Below are positions 38,480 to 50,389 of a DNA stretch of 64,000 nucleotides, piece by piece. The first letter of the stretch is position 1. Every line of letters begins with the position of its first letter. The translations under genes were made by a program, and so were the position numbers. The notes below the pieces were generated by a model, which ran no database searches, was not told where the DNA came from, and saw only the letters and a list, made by a program, of their open reading frames with translations. The DNA is from Mobula hypostoma (taxonomy: Eukaryota). Location: NCBI RefSeq assembly GCF_963921235.1, contig NC_086107.1, positions 95,110,001-95,174,000 on the forward strand, given 5' to 3'.

Positions 38480-38769
38480 CTGGGGGGCAGAGACACACGC
38501 ACACAGTGAGACAGATAGAGAGACAGAAGCATTGGCAGTTGGGTAGGGTAGAGGGGAAGAGAGAAGTCACATTGTCAGTAACATCTTCACACACGATCAT
38601 AAGGAACAGCAGCAGGAGTAGCCATTCGGCCTATCAAGCCTGCTCTGTTCTCAGTTAGATCATGGCTAATCAGGCCATAGACCAATCCTGATTCTAGACT
38701 CAGATCTACCTACTTGCCTTTCCCCAATGACCCTTCATTCCCTGCTATCTACATGTTTGTTAAAACTAT

Positions 38770-40780
38770 TTAACGAGGCAGCCCCTAAACCCCAGGGTTC
38801 TGAAAGAGGTGGCTGAAGAGATTCTGGACGCATTAGTAATGATCTTTCAAGAATTACTAGATTCTGGAATGATTCCAGAAGACTGGAAAACTGCAAATGT
38901 CACTTCACTCTAAGAAGGGAAGGAGGTAGAAGAAAGGAAATTGTAGGCCAGTTAGGCTGATTTCAGTGGTGGGAAGATGTTTAAGGTTGAGGTTTTGGTG
39001 TACTTGGAGACACATGATAAAAGAGGCCAAAGTCACTTTCTTTGGGGGAAATCTTGCTTGATAAATCTGTTGAAATTCCTTGAGGAAATAACAAGCAGGA
39101 TAGATAAAGGAGAGTCAGTTTATTTGGATTTTCAGAAGGCTTTGACAAGGTGTTGTATATGAGGCTGCTTAGCAAGATGGTGTTACAGGAAAGATACTAG
39201 CATAGATTAGTTGATTGGCAGGAAGCAATAAAATGGGAATAAAGGGAGCCTTTTCCGGTTGGCTGCTGGTGACTAGTGTTGTTCTTCAGGGTCCGTGTTG
39301 GGACTGCTTCTTTTCACATTACATGTCAATGATTTGTTTAAAGGAATAAAGGTATGGAGTATTTTCCAAATGGGCAGAAAATACAAAAATCAGAAGTGCA
39401 AAGGTATGTGGAAGTCCTCGTGCATGATTCTATAAAGGATAACTTGCAGGTTGAGCTGGTGGTAAGGAAGGCAAATGCAATGTTAGCATTCATTTTGAGG
39501 GGACCAGAATACAAAAGCAATGATGTAATGCTGAGGCTTTATAAGGCACTGGTCAGACTGTACTCAATCTGACCAATGCCTTATCGAAGAAAAGATGTGC
39601 TGGCATTGGAGATGGTTCAGAGGAGGTTCAGGAGAATGATCCCAGGAATGAAAGCATTAACACGTGAGGAGTGTTTGTGGCTCTGGGCTTGAACTCACTG
39701 GAGTCTAGAATGAAGGGAGAATCTCACTGAAACCTATCGAATATTGAAAGGCCCAGAAAGAGTAGATGTGGAGGGGATGTTTCCTACAGTGGCGGAGTCT
39801 AGGACCAGAGGGTACAGCCCCAGAATAGAAAGACGTCCATTTAGAAAGATGAGGAAACATTTCTTTAGCCAGAGGGTGGTGAATATGTTGAACTCACTGC
39901 CACAGACCAAGTCATCGAGTATATTTAAGGCAGAAGTTGATAGGTTCTTGATTAATCAGGGCATCAACCGTTATGAGGAGAAAGCAGGAAAATGGGGTAG
40001 AGAAAGATAATGACTCAGCCATGTTGGAATGGCAGAGCAGCTGTGATGGGCTGAATGGCCTAATTCTGCTCGTACAGTACCCTATTTATATGTGCCTAAG
40101 ACTTTTTCACAATACCATATGTCTTGTGATTTACTGCTTCTCTGGGCAGAGAATGCCACAGATTCAATACTCTTTGGGAAAAGCAGTTTCTCCTCATTTG
40201 TCATAAATCTATCCCCCTGAATCATGAGGCTCTGTCCCCTAGTTCTAATCTCACCTATCAGTGGAAACAACTTTCCTGCCTCTATCTTATTTATCCCTTT
40301 CATAATTTTATGTTTCTATGAGTCACCCTCTCGTTCTGAATTCTAGTGAGTACAGTCCTAGATAACACAATCTCTCCTCAGGTTAACCTCCTCATCTCTG
40401 GAATCAACCTCCTCTACACCACCTCCAAAGCCAGTATACCTTTCCTCAAGTAGAGACCAAAACTGCATGCAGTACTCCAGGTGCAGCTTCACCAGTACCC
40501 TATACAGTTGTAGCGTAACCTTCCTGTTCTTCAATTCAGTTCCTCTGGCAGTGAAGGCCAACATTCCATTTACTTCCGTGATAACCTGTTGCATCTACAA
40601 ACCAATATTTTGCTATTCATGCACAAAGACTCCCAGGAACTTCTGTATAACAGCATGCTGCAGCCTTTCACCATTTAAATAATCATCTGATCTTCTATTT
40701 CCCCTTCCAAGGCAGATGACCTCACATTTACCAACATTGTATCCTGTCTGACGGACCCTTGCCCACTCACCTAATCTATG
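38770..40780. mobile_element. CR1 fragments in PKMYT1 intron (plus 38770-40075, minus 40085-40780)
   Basis: KSCLINLLKF, LYKALVR and FFSQRVVN motifs. Confidence 0.75.
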
Positions 40781-40935
40781 ATCGCCCACATCATACAAAA
40801 TGGCATATAACAATTAGCATAAAAACTTATATCTACTTTAATATTCTGTGCTGGTTTATTTTCAGTAATCTATCTTCCTTTTCTTTATCACTTGTTTAGC
40901 AATGCTCTGTATTTTTAAAGTTGTGCCACTACTCT

Positions 40936-42145
40936 TCATCATCATCATCAGGTGCCGTGCCTGGATCGAGCTTTGACTGCCATTGCCCACACACTCCTGT
41001 TTCGGGTCAAGTGGATCAATTCATTGGTATTAATTTCCAGTTCTCTGGCTGCTGTCTCCATTATAATTTGTCTTTGTCTTCCTCTTGCTTTCTTCCCTTC
41101 AATCTTTCCCATAATTACCGTGCATTCTAACTCCTCTGTCCTAATCACATGTCCAATGAAGTCACGTTGCCTTTTCATGATCTCATACATTACTTCTCTT
41201 TGTGTTTGCTCTGTTTATGACATCCTCGTTAGATATTCGTTTCGTCCATGATATTCTTTGCATCCTCCTCAAAAACCACATCTCTGCTGCTTCAGTTCGT
41301 TTCCTCACGTTACCAGATATTGTCCAACGTTCTGAGCCATATAACCTAACTGGATAAACGTAACATTTCAATACTCTGAGGCGGGTTGTCATGCCTAGTT
41401 TAGTGTTGGTCAGTATACTCTTCATTCTCGTAAAGGTGTCTTTGGCCATCCCTATTCTTCTTTTGATGTCCATGTCGCACCTGCCATCTGATGTCACCCA
41501 GCTTCCTAAGTAGCAAAAGTTCTGTACTTGTTTTATGTTTTCCCCGTTTATTCTCAGCCTGCAGATAGGATTCTCCTTCTTTTTGGATATCACCATACAT
41601 TCTCTTTTTGCAATTGATAGATAGACCCATTTTTGCACTTTCTTCAACAACTGTATCAATTAAGTTTGTAGTTCTTCCTCCGTACTTGCAATTAACAGTG
41701 TCAACCACATATCTAAAATTATTGATGTTTTCACCACCAACTTTGATACCCAAGATCTCTCTTATTTTTTTGTAATATTGTTTCATTGTACATATTAAAC
41801 AAATCAGGGGAGAAAACACACCCTTGTCTAACACCTCTCTTGATTTTTGTAAACTGACTGACTTCTCCATCTATTCTTACACTGGCAGTTTGCTCCCAGT
41901 ACAGATTTCTGATTAGGCGGAGGTCTTTCGAATCTAGATCTAGAGTTTCCTGTAATATTTTCGAATAACTTATTGTGTTTCACTTTATCAAATGCTTTTG
42001 TGTAGTCGATAAAACAACAGACAAATCTTTTTGCACTTGAATAGCTCGTTCTGATAGTATCCTTAACATCAATATCGCAGTTCTTGTACCTTTGTCTTTT
42101 GCAAAACCACATTGTTCTTTACCTATTTCAGCTTGTATCTTACTT
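40936..42145 (-). mobile_element. RTE-clade LINE 3' fragment
   Basis: FIDYTKAFDKV, INNFRY, QVQNFCYLGS...DIKRRIG, AAEMWFLRRM; (GAT)n tail at ~40936-40950. Confidence 0.85.
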
Positions 42146-43098
42146 TTAGCCCTTAGGAAGGAAATAAAAGGTGGTATCAAAACTAAACGTATGTTTGATG
42201 CCTTCTTCCTTTCCATGGTTACCCTAAGCCATCTCGCTTTTAAAATAAAATTATTATCAAAGGACATATATCACTATATACAACCCTGAGATGTATTTAC
42301 TCGAGGGCATAGTCAATAATTCTAATAACCATAATAGATTCAATGAAAGACCGCACCAACTGGGCGGACAAACAGGGTGCAAATGACAACAAACTGTACG
42401 ATTACAAAAATAAATAAGAAATAATAATGTTAATAAATAAATATCAAGAACTTGAGATGAGTCCTTGAAAATTAGTCCATTGGTTGCAGGAACAGTTCAG
42501 TGATGGGGCAAGTGAAGTTATCTATCCCCTTTGGCTCAAGAGCCTGATGGTTGAGGGACGGTAACCATTCCTGAACGTGGTGGCTTGAGTTCTGAAGGCA
42601 GCAGTGGGAAGGGAGTATGACCGGGGTGGTGGGGAGCCCTGATGATGGATGCTGCTTTCCTGCGACAACACTCTGTGTATAGATGTGCTCAATAGTGGGG
42701 AGGGCTTTACCCATGGATGGACTGGGCTGTATCCACTACGTTTAACTGGAATATACTTTTGTTGAGCTCTTTGAAAAATCTCTATGAAAGTCTTTTGAAG
42801 TTACTCTACAACAAACGTGAGGAATCTGGAAGAGCAAGGGGCAGGGACGAAACAAGAGGGTTGGGGCGGGGTGTTAAATGAGGAAGGGGGATCGATTTGT
42901 GATTAAGTAAGGGTTCAGGAAGAGAGGGTGAAAGGACAAAGGGGAGAGAGACAGAGAGGGAACAGTGATAAAATTATGGAAGAGAGTAGGTGACTGGTGT
43001 TTGACGGAGTTGGTAGGTAGGGGAGGGAGGAGCAGCAGGGAAAGGTGAACAGGGGGCGGGGGAGTGGGCCGGGGGTGAGAGCTGGGGTAAGCACTGAC

Positions 43099-43271
43099 CT
43101 GCCACAGGACCAGTGCTCGTTCCAAGCCTGACAGCATCAGCAGCCGGAGGTGCCTCCACCGCCGGACCCTGCGCAGGGCGGGCAGGGACAGCAGCTCCTC
43201 CACCGTGGGTCGCCGCTGGGGGTCTGGCTCCAGCATCGACCGCAGCAAGTCCCGCAGTGCGGGGGACAGAC
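43099..43271 (-). CDS. PKMYT1: PKMYT1 coding exon 4/7
   Basis: ccccag|GT CTG...TGG CAG|gtcagt; LSPALRDLLRSMLEPDPQRRPTVEELL (kinase subdomain XI). Confidence 0.95.
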
Positions 43272-43527
43272 CTGGGGAGGGAGAGGAACAAGAGTTACTG
43301 TTACCCCCGTCCTCGACCATAGGCTGGAGTCCGCGCTCTGTCTAGGAAGTCTGCAGCCCCCCTCCCCTGCACCCCGACGCGGGATCTCCACTCCACCTTT
43401 CCTTCTACCCCAGCGTGGCACTTCCGTTCACTCCCCACCACCCCCTGCCTGGATGCAGGAAGGCTGCCCGCACCCTGCTCGGACGTGGGACATCCCTGAC
43501 CCTTTGTCCTGAGCTCCCCTAGCTTAC

Positions 43528-43634
43528 CAGACACAAACTCTGGGGGCAGGTATCCTCGCCGCAGTCTCTGCCATCCCTCCCCGCTCTGAGGGAGCTCCAG
43601 GTTACTGCTGATGTCTAGGATCGACATTCCCAGG
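43528..43634 (-). CDS. PKMYT1: PKMYT1 coding exon 3/7
   Basis: tcacag|C CTG GGA...TCT G|gtaagc; LGMSILDISSNLELPQSGEGWQRLRRGYLPPEF. Confidence 0.95.
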
Positions 43635-43908
43635 CTGTGAAGGGAGAGAGAGACAGACAGAGAATTCATTCTGTCCCAGAGAGGGACAATGTGCCGAATA
43701 CCCAATACTGGGGGAAGCCTGGGTAGGGGACCAGGGGTGCAATGCCAATTCTGGACAGAGGGAGAGAGAATGCCTGATCTCAGAGGTAGGGAGTGGACAG
43801 GGAGTCCCCACAGCCCCAGAGAAGTGGAAGGAGTTAAGGATGGTGAGAGGGGTAGCATGTCCCGGGATGGGATGGGAAGGGACCGGACAGGACAGGAGGG
43901 GAAACAAG

Positions 43909-43914
43909 GTGTGT

Positions 43915-43997
<83 letters not shown>

Positions 43998-44000
43998 CGC
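43909..44000. repeat. (GT)n(GC)6 microsatellite
   Basis: Uninterrupted (GT)36 at 43917-43988, then (GC)6. Confidence 0.98.
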
Positions 44001-44082
44001 GGGAATTATAGAAGAGGGGAAGGGAAGGGGAGAGATGTGGGGTTGATGGGAGGGGGAAGCGGTGAAGAACGCCCCGCCTTAC

Positions 44083-44591
44083 CTGAAGACGTCGGCCGCT
44101 GTGCCGTAGACACCATCCAACAGCTCGGGCGCCATGTACCGTGGGTCTCCCTCCTGTGCCTCCTCCTCTTCCTCGTCCTTGGCCCTTCCTCCGCCCCGCT
44201 CCACCGGCAATACCAGGCCAAAGTCGCCCAGCTTGCAGATGCCCCCTGCCCCGAGCAGGACGTTGGCGGGCTTGACGTCGAGGTGTGCCAGGCCGCGCCG
44301 GTGGAGGTGGCCCAGGCCACACAACAGGTCGGAGAGCACCTCCCAGACACGGGGCTCGGGCAGGGCCCCCATCAGCTGCCCCTGCAGGCTGCCCCCCTCG
44401 CACAACTCCGTCTGGATATACAGCTGGCCCCGCTCCTCCCAAGCACGCACGAAGGTCAGCAGGTTGGGGTGGGGGCCCAGTCCTTCATGACGACGGGCCT
44501 CTGCGAGGCACCGCCGGCGGTCTCGCTCCCCTCGGAACGGCCGGCGCGAGCGCTTCACTGCGTACAGACGGCCATTCTCCCTGCTTCTTAC
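44083..44591 (-). CDS. PKMYT1: PKMYT1 coding exon 2/7 (kinase catalytic core)
   Basis: caccag|GTA...TTC AG|gtaagg; [32 protein letters not shown] (Wee1/Myt1 family signature). Confidence 0.97.
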
Positions 44592-44768
44592 CTGGTGGAG
44601 GGGAAGAGGGGTTTGTGGGGACAGGAGGAGCGGTGTAGAAAGAGGGGATGGACAGACAGCAAGGGAAAGACTATTTACTATCACGTTCCCAGCTCACTCA
44701 CTTCGTGCCCTGCCTGCCAATAACTCTTTGCTTTGTGGCACAGTGGGAAGAGCCACTGCCTGTGGTGT

Positions 44769-44781
44769 GCGCGCGCGTGCG

Positions 44782-44870
<89 letters not shown>
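44769..44870. repeat. (GC)n(AC)40 microsatellite
   Basis: (GC)6 at 44779-44790, then (AC)40. Confidence 0.98.
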
Positions 44871-44875
<5 letters not shown>

Positions 44876-45147
44876 ATCCCCACCTCTGGTTCTGCCTGGG
44901 CAGAGTTTAAACGCTCTTGCTGTGACCTCGTGGGATTAGTTGGAGGGGCAGGAAGTGTTGAGGAAGCAGGGAATCTCCAGAAGGATTTGGACAGACAGGG
45001 CAAATATGCAAAGAAACAGCATATGGAATACAGTGTAGGGAAATGTATGGTCATGCGATTTGGTAGAAGTGAAGGGAAACTTCTTTCTAAATGGGGAGTG
45101 AATTCAGAAAATGGAGGTGCGAACTGCAAGATTCCCTAAAGATTAAC

Positions 45148-48100
45148 ATAGAAACATAGAAAATAGGTGCAGGAGTAGGCCATTCGGCCCTTCGAGCCTG
45201 CACCACCATTCAGTATGATCATGGCTGATCATCCAACTCAGAACCCTGCACCAGCCTTCCCTCCATACCCTCTGATCCCCGTAGCCACAAGGGCCATATC
45301 TAACTCCCTCTTAAATATAGCCAATGAACTGGCCTCAACTGTTTCCTGTGGCAGAGAATTCCACAGATTCACCACTCTCTGTATGAAGAAGTTTTTCCTA
45401 ATCTCAGTCCTAAAAGGCTTCGCCTTTATCCTCAAACCGTGACCCCTCGTTCTGGACTTCCCCAACATCGGGAACAATCTTCCTGCATCTAGCCTGTCCA
45501 ATCCCTTTAGGATTTTATACGTTTCAATCAGATCCCCCTCAATCTTCTAAATTCCAACGAGTACAAGCCTAGTTCATCCAGTCTTTCTTCATATGAAAGT
45601 CCTGCCATCCCAGGAATCAATCTGGTGAACCTTCTTTGTACTCCCTCTATGGCAAGAATGTCTTTCCTCAGATTAGGGGACCAAAACTGCACACAATACT
45701 CCAGGTGTGGTCTCACCAAGGCCTTGTACAACTGCAGTAGTACCTCCCTGCTCCTGTACTCGAATCCTCTTGCTATAAATGCCAGCATGCCATTCGCCTT
45801 TTTCACCGCCTGCTATACCTGCATGCCCACTTTCAATGACTGGTGTATAATGACACCCAGGTCTCGTTGCACCTCCCCTTTTCCTAATCGGCCACCATTC
45901 AGATAATAATCTGTTTTCCTATTTTTGCCACCAAAGTGGATAACTTCACATTTATCCACATTAAATTGCATCTGCCATGAATTTGCCCACTCACCCAACC
46001 TATCCAAGTCACCCTGCATCCTCTTAGCATCCTCCTCACAGCTAACTCTGCCGCCCAGCTTCGTGTCATCCGCAAACTTGGAGATGCTGCATTTAATTCC
46101 CTCATCCAAGTCATTAATATATATTGTAAACAACTGGGGTCCCAGCACTGAGCCTTGCGGTACCCCACTAGTCACTGCCTGCCATTCTGAAAAGGTCCCG
46201 TTTATTCCCACTCTTTGCTTCCTGTCTGCTAACCAATGCTCTATCTACATCAATACCTTACCCCCAATACCGTGTGCTTTAAGTTTGCACACTAATCTCC
46301 TGTGTGGGACCTTGTCAAAAGCCTTTTGAAAATCCAAATATACCACATCCACTGGTTCTCCCCTATCCACTCTACTAGTTACATCCTCAAAAAATTCTAT
46401 GAGATTCGTCAGACATGATTTTCCTTTCACAAATCCATGCTGACTTTGTCTGATGATTTCACCGCTTTCCAAATGTGCTGTTATCACATCTTTGATAACT
46501 GATTCCAGCAGTTTCCCCACCACCGACATTAGGCTAACCAGTCTATAATTCCCCGGTTTCTCTCTCCCTCATTTTTTAAAAAGTGGGGTTACATTAGCCA
46601 CCCTCCAATCTTCAGGAACTAGTCCAGAATCTAACGAGTTTTGAAAAATTATCACGAATGCATCCACTATTTCTTGGGCTACTTCCTTAAGCACTCTGGG
46701 ATGCAGACCATCTGGCCCTGGGGATTTATCTGCCTTTAATCCCTTCAATTTACCTAACACCACTTCCCTACTAACATGTATTTTGCTCAGTTCCTCCATC
46801 TCACTGGACCCTCTGTCCCCTACTATTTCTGGAAGATTATTTATGTCCTCCTTAGTGAAGATAAAACCAAAGTAGTTATTCAATTGGTCTGCCATGTCCT
46901 TGCTCCCCATAATCAATTCACCTGTTTCAGTCTGTAGGGGACCTGCATTTGTCTTTACCAGTCTTTTCCTTTTTACATATCTATAAAAGCTTTTACAGTC
47001 AGTTTTTATGTTCCCTGCCAGTTTTCTCTCATAATCTTTTTCCCCCTTCCTAATTAAGCCCTTTGTCCTCCTCTGCTGAACTCTGAATTTCTCCCAGTCC
47101 TCAGGTGAGCCACTTTTTCTGGCTAATTTGTATGCTTCTTCTTTGGAATTGATACTATCCCTAATTTCCCTTGTCAGCCACGGGTGCACTACCTTCCTTG
47201 ATTTATTCTTTTGCCAAACTGGGATGAACAATTGTTGTAGTTCATCCATGCAATCTTTAAATGCTTGCCATTGCATATCCACCGTCAATCCTTTAAGTGT
47301 CATTTGCCAGTCTATCTTAGCTAATTCATGTCTCATACCTTCAAAGTTACCCCTCTTTAAGTTCAGAACCTTTGTTTCTGAATTAACTATGTCACTCTCC
47401 ATCTTAATGAAGAATTCCACCATATTATGGTCACTCTTACCCAAGGGGCCTCTCACGACAAGATTGCTAATTAACCCTTCCTCATTGCTCAAAACCCAGT
47501 CTAGAATAGCTTGCTCTCTAGTTGGTTCCTCGACATGTTGGTTCAAAAAACCATCCCGCATACATTCCAAGAAATCCCCTGCCTCAGCACCTTTACCAAT
47601 TTGGTTCACCCAATCTACATGTAGATTGAAGTCACCCATTATAACTGGTGTTCCTTTATTGCACACATTTCTAATTTCCTGTTTAATACCATCCCCACCC
47701 TCACTACTACTGTTAGGTGGCCTGTACACAACTCCCACCAGCGTTTTCTGCCCCTTAGTGTTATGCAGCTCTACCCATATCGATTCCACATCTTCCCAGC
47801 TAATGTCCTTCCTTTCTATTGCGTTAATCTCCTCTTTAACCAGCAACGCCACCCCACCCCACCTCCTTTTCTTTCATGTCTATCCCTCCTGAATATTGAA
47901 TATCCCTGAACATTGAGCTCCCATCCTTGGTCACCCTGGAGCCATGTCTCTGTGATCCCAACTATATCATAATCATTAATAACAATCTGCACTTTCAATT
48001 CATCCAACTTGTTACGAATGCTCCTGGCATTGACACACAAAGCCTTCAAGTGCTCTTTTACAACTCTCTTAGCCCTTATACAATTATGTTGAAAAGTGGC

Positions 48101-49141
48101 CCTTTTTGATGCTTGCCCTGGATTTGTCGGCCTGCCACTTTTACTTTTCTCCTTACTACTTTTTGCTTCTACCCTCACCTTACACCCCTCTGTCTCTCTG
48201 CACTGGTTCCCATCCCCCTGTTGTGAACTAACCTCCTCTCGCCTAGCCTCTTTAATTTGATTCCCACCCCCCAACCATTCTAGTTTAAAGTCACCTCAGT
48301 AGCCCTCGCTAATCTCCCTGCCGGGATATTGGTCCCCCTAGGATTCAAGTGTAATCCGTCCTTTTTGTACAGGTCACGCCTGCGCCAAAAGAGGTCCCAA
48401 TGATCCAAAAACTTGAATCCCTGCCTCCTGCTCCAATCCCTCAGCCACGCATTTATCCTCCACCTCATCGCATTCCTACTCTCACTGTCGCGTGACACAG
48501 GCAGTAATCCCGAGATTACTACCTTTGCGGTCCTTTTTCTCAACTCCCTTCCTAGCTCCCTATATTCTCCTTTCAGGACCTCATGCCTTTTCCTACCTAT
48601 GTCATTGGTACCTATATGTACCACGACCTCTGGCTCCTCACCCTCCCACTTCAGGATATCTTGGACACGATCAGAGATATCCCGGACCCTGGCACCAGGG
48701 AGGCAAACTACCATCCGGGTCTCTGGACTGCGTCCACAGAATCGTCTATCTGACCCCCTTACTATCGAGTCCCCTATCACAACTGCCCTCCTCTTCCTTT
48801 CCCTGCCCTTCTGAGCTACAGGGCCGGACTCTGTGCCGGAGGCACGGCCACTGTTGCTTCCCCCAGGTAAGCTGTACCCCCCAACAGTACTCAAAAAGGA
48901 GTACCTATTGTTAAGGGGCACAGCCACCGGGGTACTCTCTTATTACCTGACTCTTCCCCTTCCCCCTCCTAACCACAACCCACTTGTCTGCCTCCCGTAG
49001 CCCCGGTGTGACCACCTGCCTATAACTCCTCTCTATCAACTCCTCACTCTCCCTGACCAGACGAAGGTCATCGAGCTGCAGCTCCAGTTCCGTAACGCGG
49101 TCCCTTAGGAGCTGCATCTCGATGCACCTGGCGCAGATGTG
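45148..49141 (-). mobile_element. Near full-length young CR1 LINE (ORF1 zinc finger/SGNH esterase; ORF2 APE + RT)
   Basis: ORF1 CARC, GDSIVRG, HIGTND, DGLHL. ORF2 NARSIRNK, ITETWL, GDFN, SDH, KFADDTK. (TTTCTATG)n 3' tail; TAAC on both flanks (45144-45147, 49142-49145). Only a handful of stops and frameshifts. Confidence 0.93.
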
Positions 49142-49164
49142 TAACTTGCAGGTTGAGTCAGTAA

Positions 49165-49479
49165 ACACAAAGTAATCTGCAGATGCTGGGATCAAAGCAA
49201 CACTCACAACACGCTGGAGGAACTCACCAGGTTGAGCAGCATCAGTGGAAATGATGAGTCAACTTTTTGGGCCGGAACCCTTTGTCAGGACTGTAGAGGA
49301 AAGGGGCAGAGGCCCTATAAAGAAGGTGGGGGGAGGGTGGGAAGGAGAAGGCTGGTAAGTTCCAGGTGAAGGAAAACCAGCAAGGGAAAAGATAAAGAGG
49401 TGGGGAGGGGAAGCAGGGAGGTGATAGGCAGGAAAGGTGAAGAAGGAATAGAGGAAAACACAATGGGTAGTAAACACAA
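49165..49479 (-). mobile_element. Penelope-like pLTR fragment with degenerate hammerhead motif
   Basis: TGAGTCAGTAA duplicated at 49154-49164 and 49480-49490. Minus-strand CAGTCCTGACAAAGGGTTCCGGCCCAAAAAGTTGAC. Confidence 0.65.
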
Positions 49480-50389
49480 TGAGTCAGTAACAAGGCAGGC
49501 AGATTTCAAGAGGACTAAAACATAAAAGAAAGGGTGTAATGCTGAGGCTTTATAAGGCATTGATTAGGCCACACTTGGAGTATTGTGACCAGTTGTGAGC
49601 ACATCTAAAAGAATGTGATGGCACTCAAGAGTGTCCAGGGGAGCATCATGGGAATGATCCTGGCAATGAAAGGGTTAATGTATGAAACACTTTGGATGCA
49701 CTCTCTGGAGTTTAGCAGAGTGGTGGGGGGGGGGCATGGTGGAATGTCATCAAAACCTATCAAATATTGAAAGACCTCGATAGAGTGGATGTTTCCTATA
49801 GTGGGGGAGCCTAGAAGAGAGGAACAAACAGAGATGAAGGGATGTGTGCTCAGCCCACTGCTCTACTCTCTACACACCCATGACAGTGAGGCTAAGCACG
49901 GGTCAAAAGCCATCTATAAATTTGCTGATGATACCATTGTTGGCAGAATCTCAGATGGTGACCAGAGGGCATACAGGAGCAAGATATAACAGCTAGGTAA
50001 GTGGTGTCACAGCAACAAACCTTGTACTCAATGTCAGTGAAACCAAAGAGCTGATTGTGGACTTCAGAATGGGAACACACACCAATCCTTATCGAGGGAT
50101 CAGAAGTGGAGAGAGTGAGCAGTTTCAAGTTCCAGGGTGTCAATATTTCTGGAGACCTAACCTGGTTCCAACATATTGATGCAGCAAAAAAGAAAGGAAG
50201 ACAGAGGCTATATTTCATTATAGTTTGAGGAGATTTGGAATGTCACCTGAAATTTGTATGTGAGACAATAAACTCGACGTGGACTCTGACAGAATTGAGG
50301 GTGGAAGTGCTCGCCGGAAGGGGGAAAGAGGGAGAGGGCAAGGTGAGTGAAAGTGGGCATTGAGGCAGCGGGGGGGGGGGTTTCAGGGA

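Noticed and set aside
43689..44723. 344-aa plus-strand ORF
   Set aside because: Antisense shadow of the GC-rich PKMYT1 exon plus a (GT)n tract.
47128..47892. 254-aa plus-strand ORF
   Set aside because: Antisense to CR1 ORF2.
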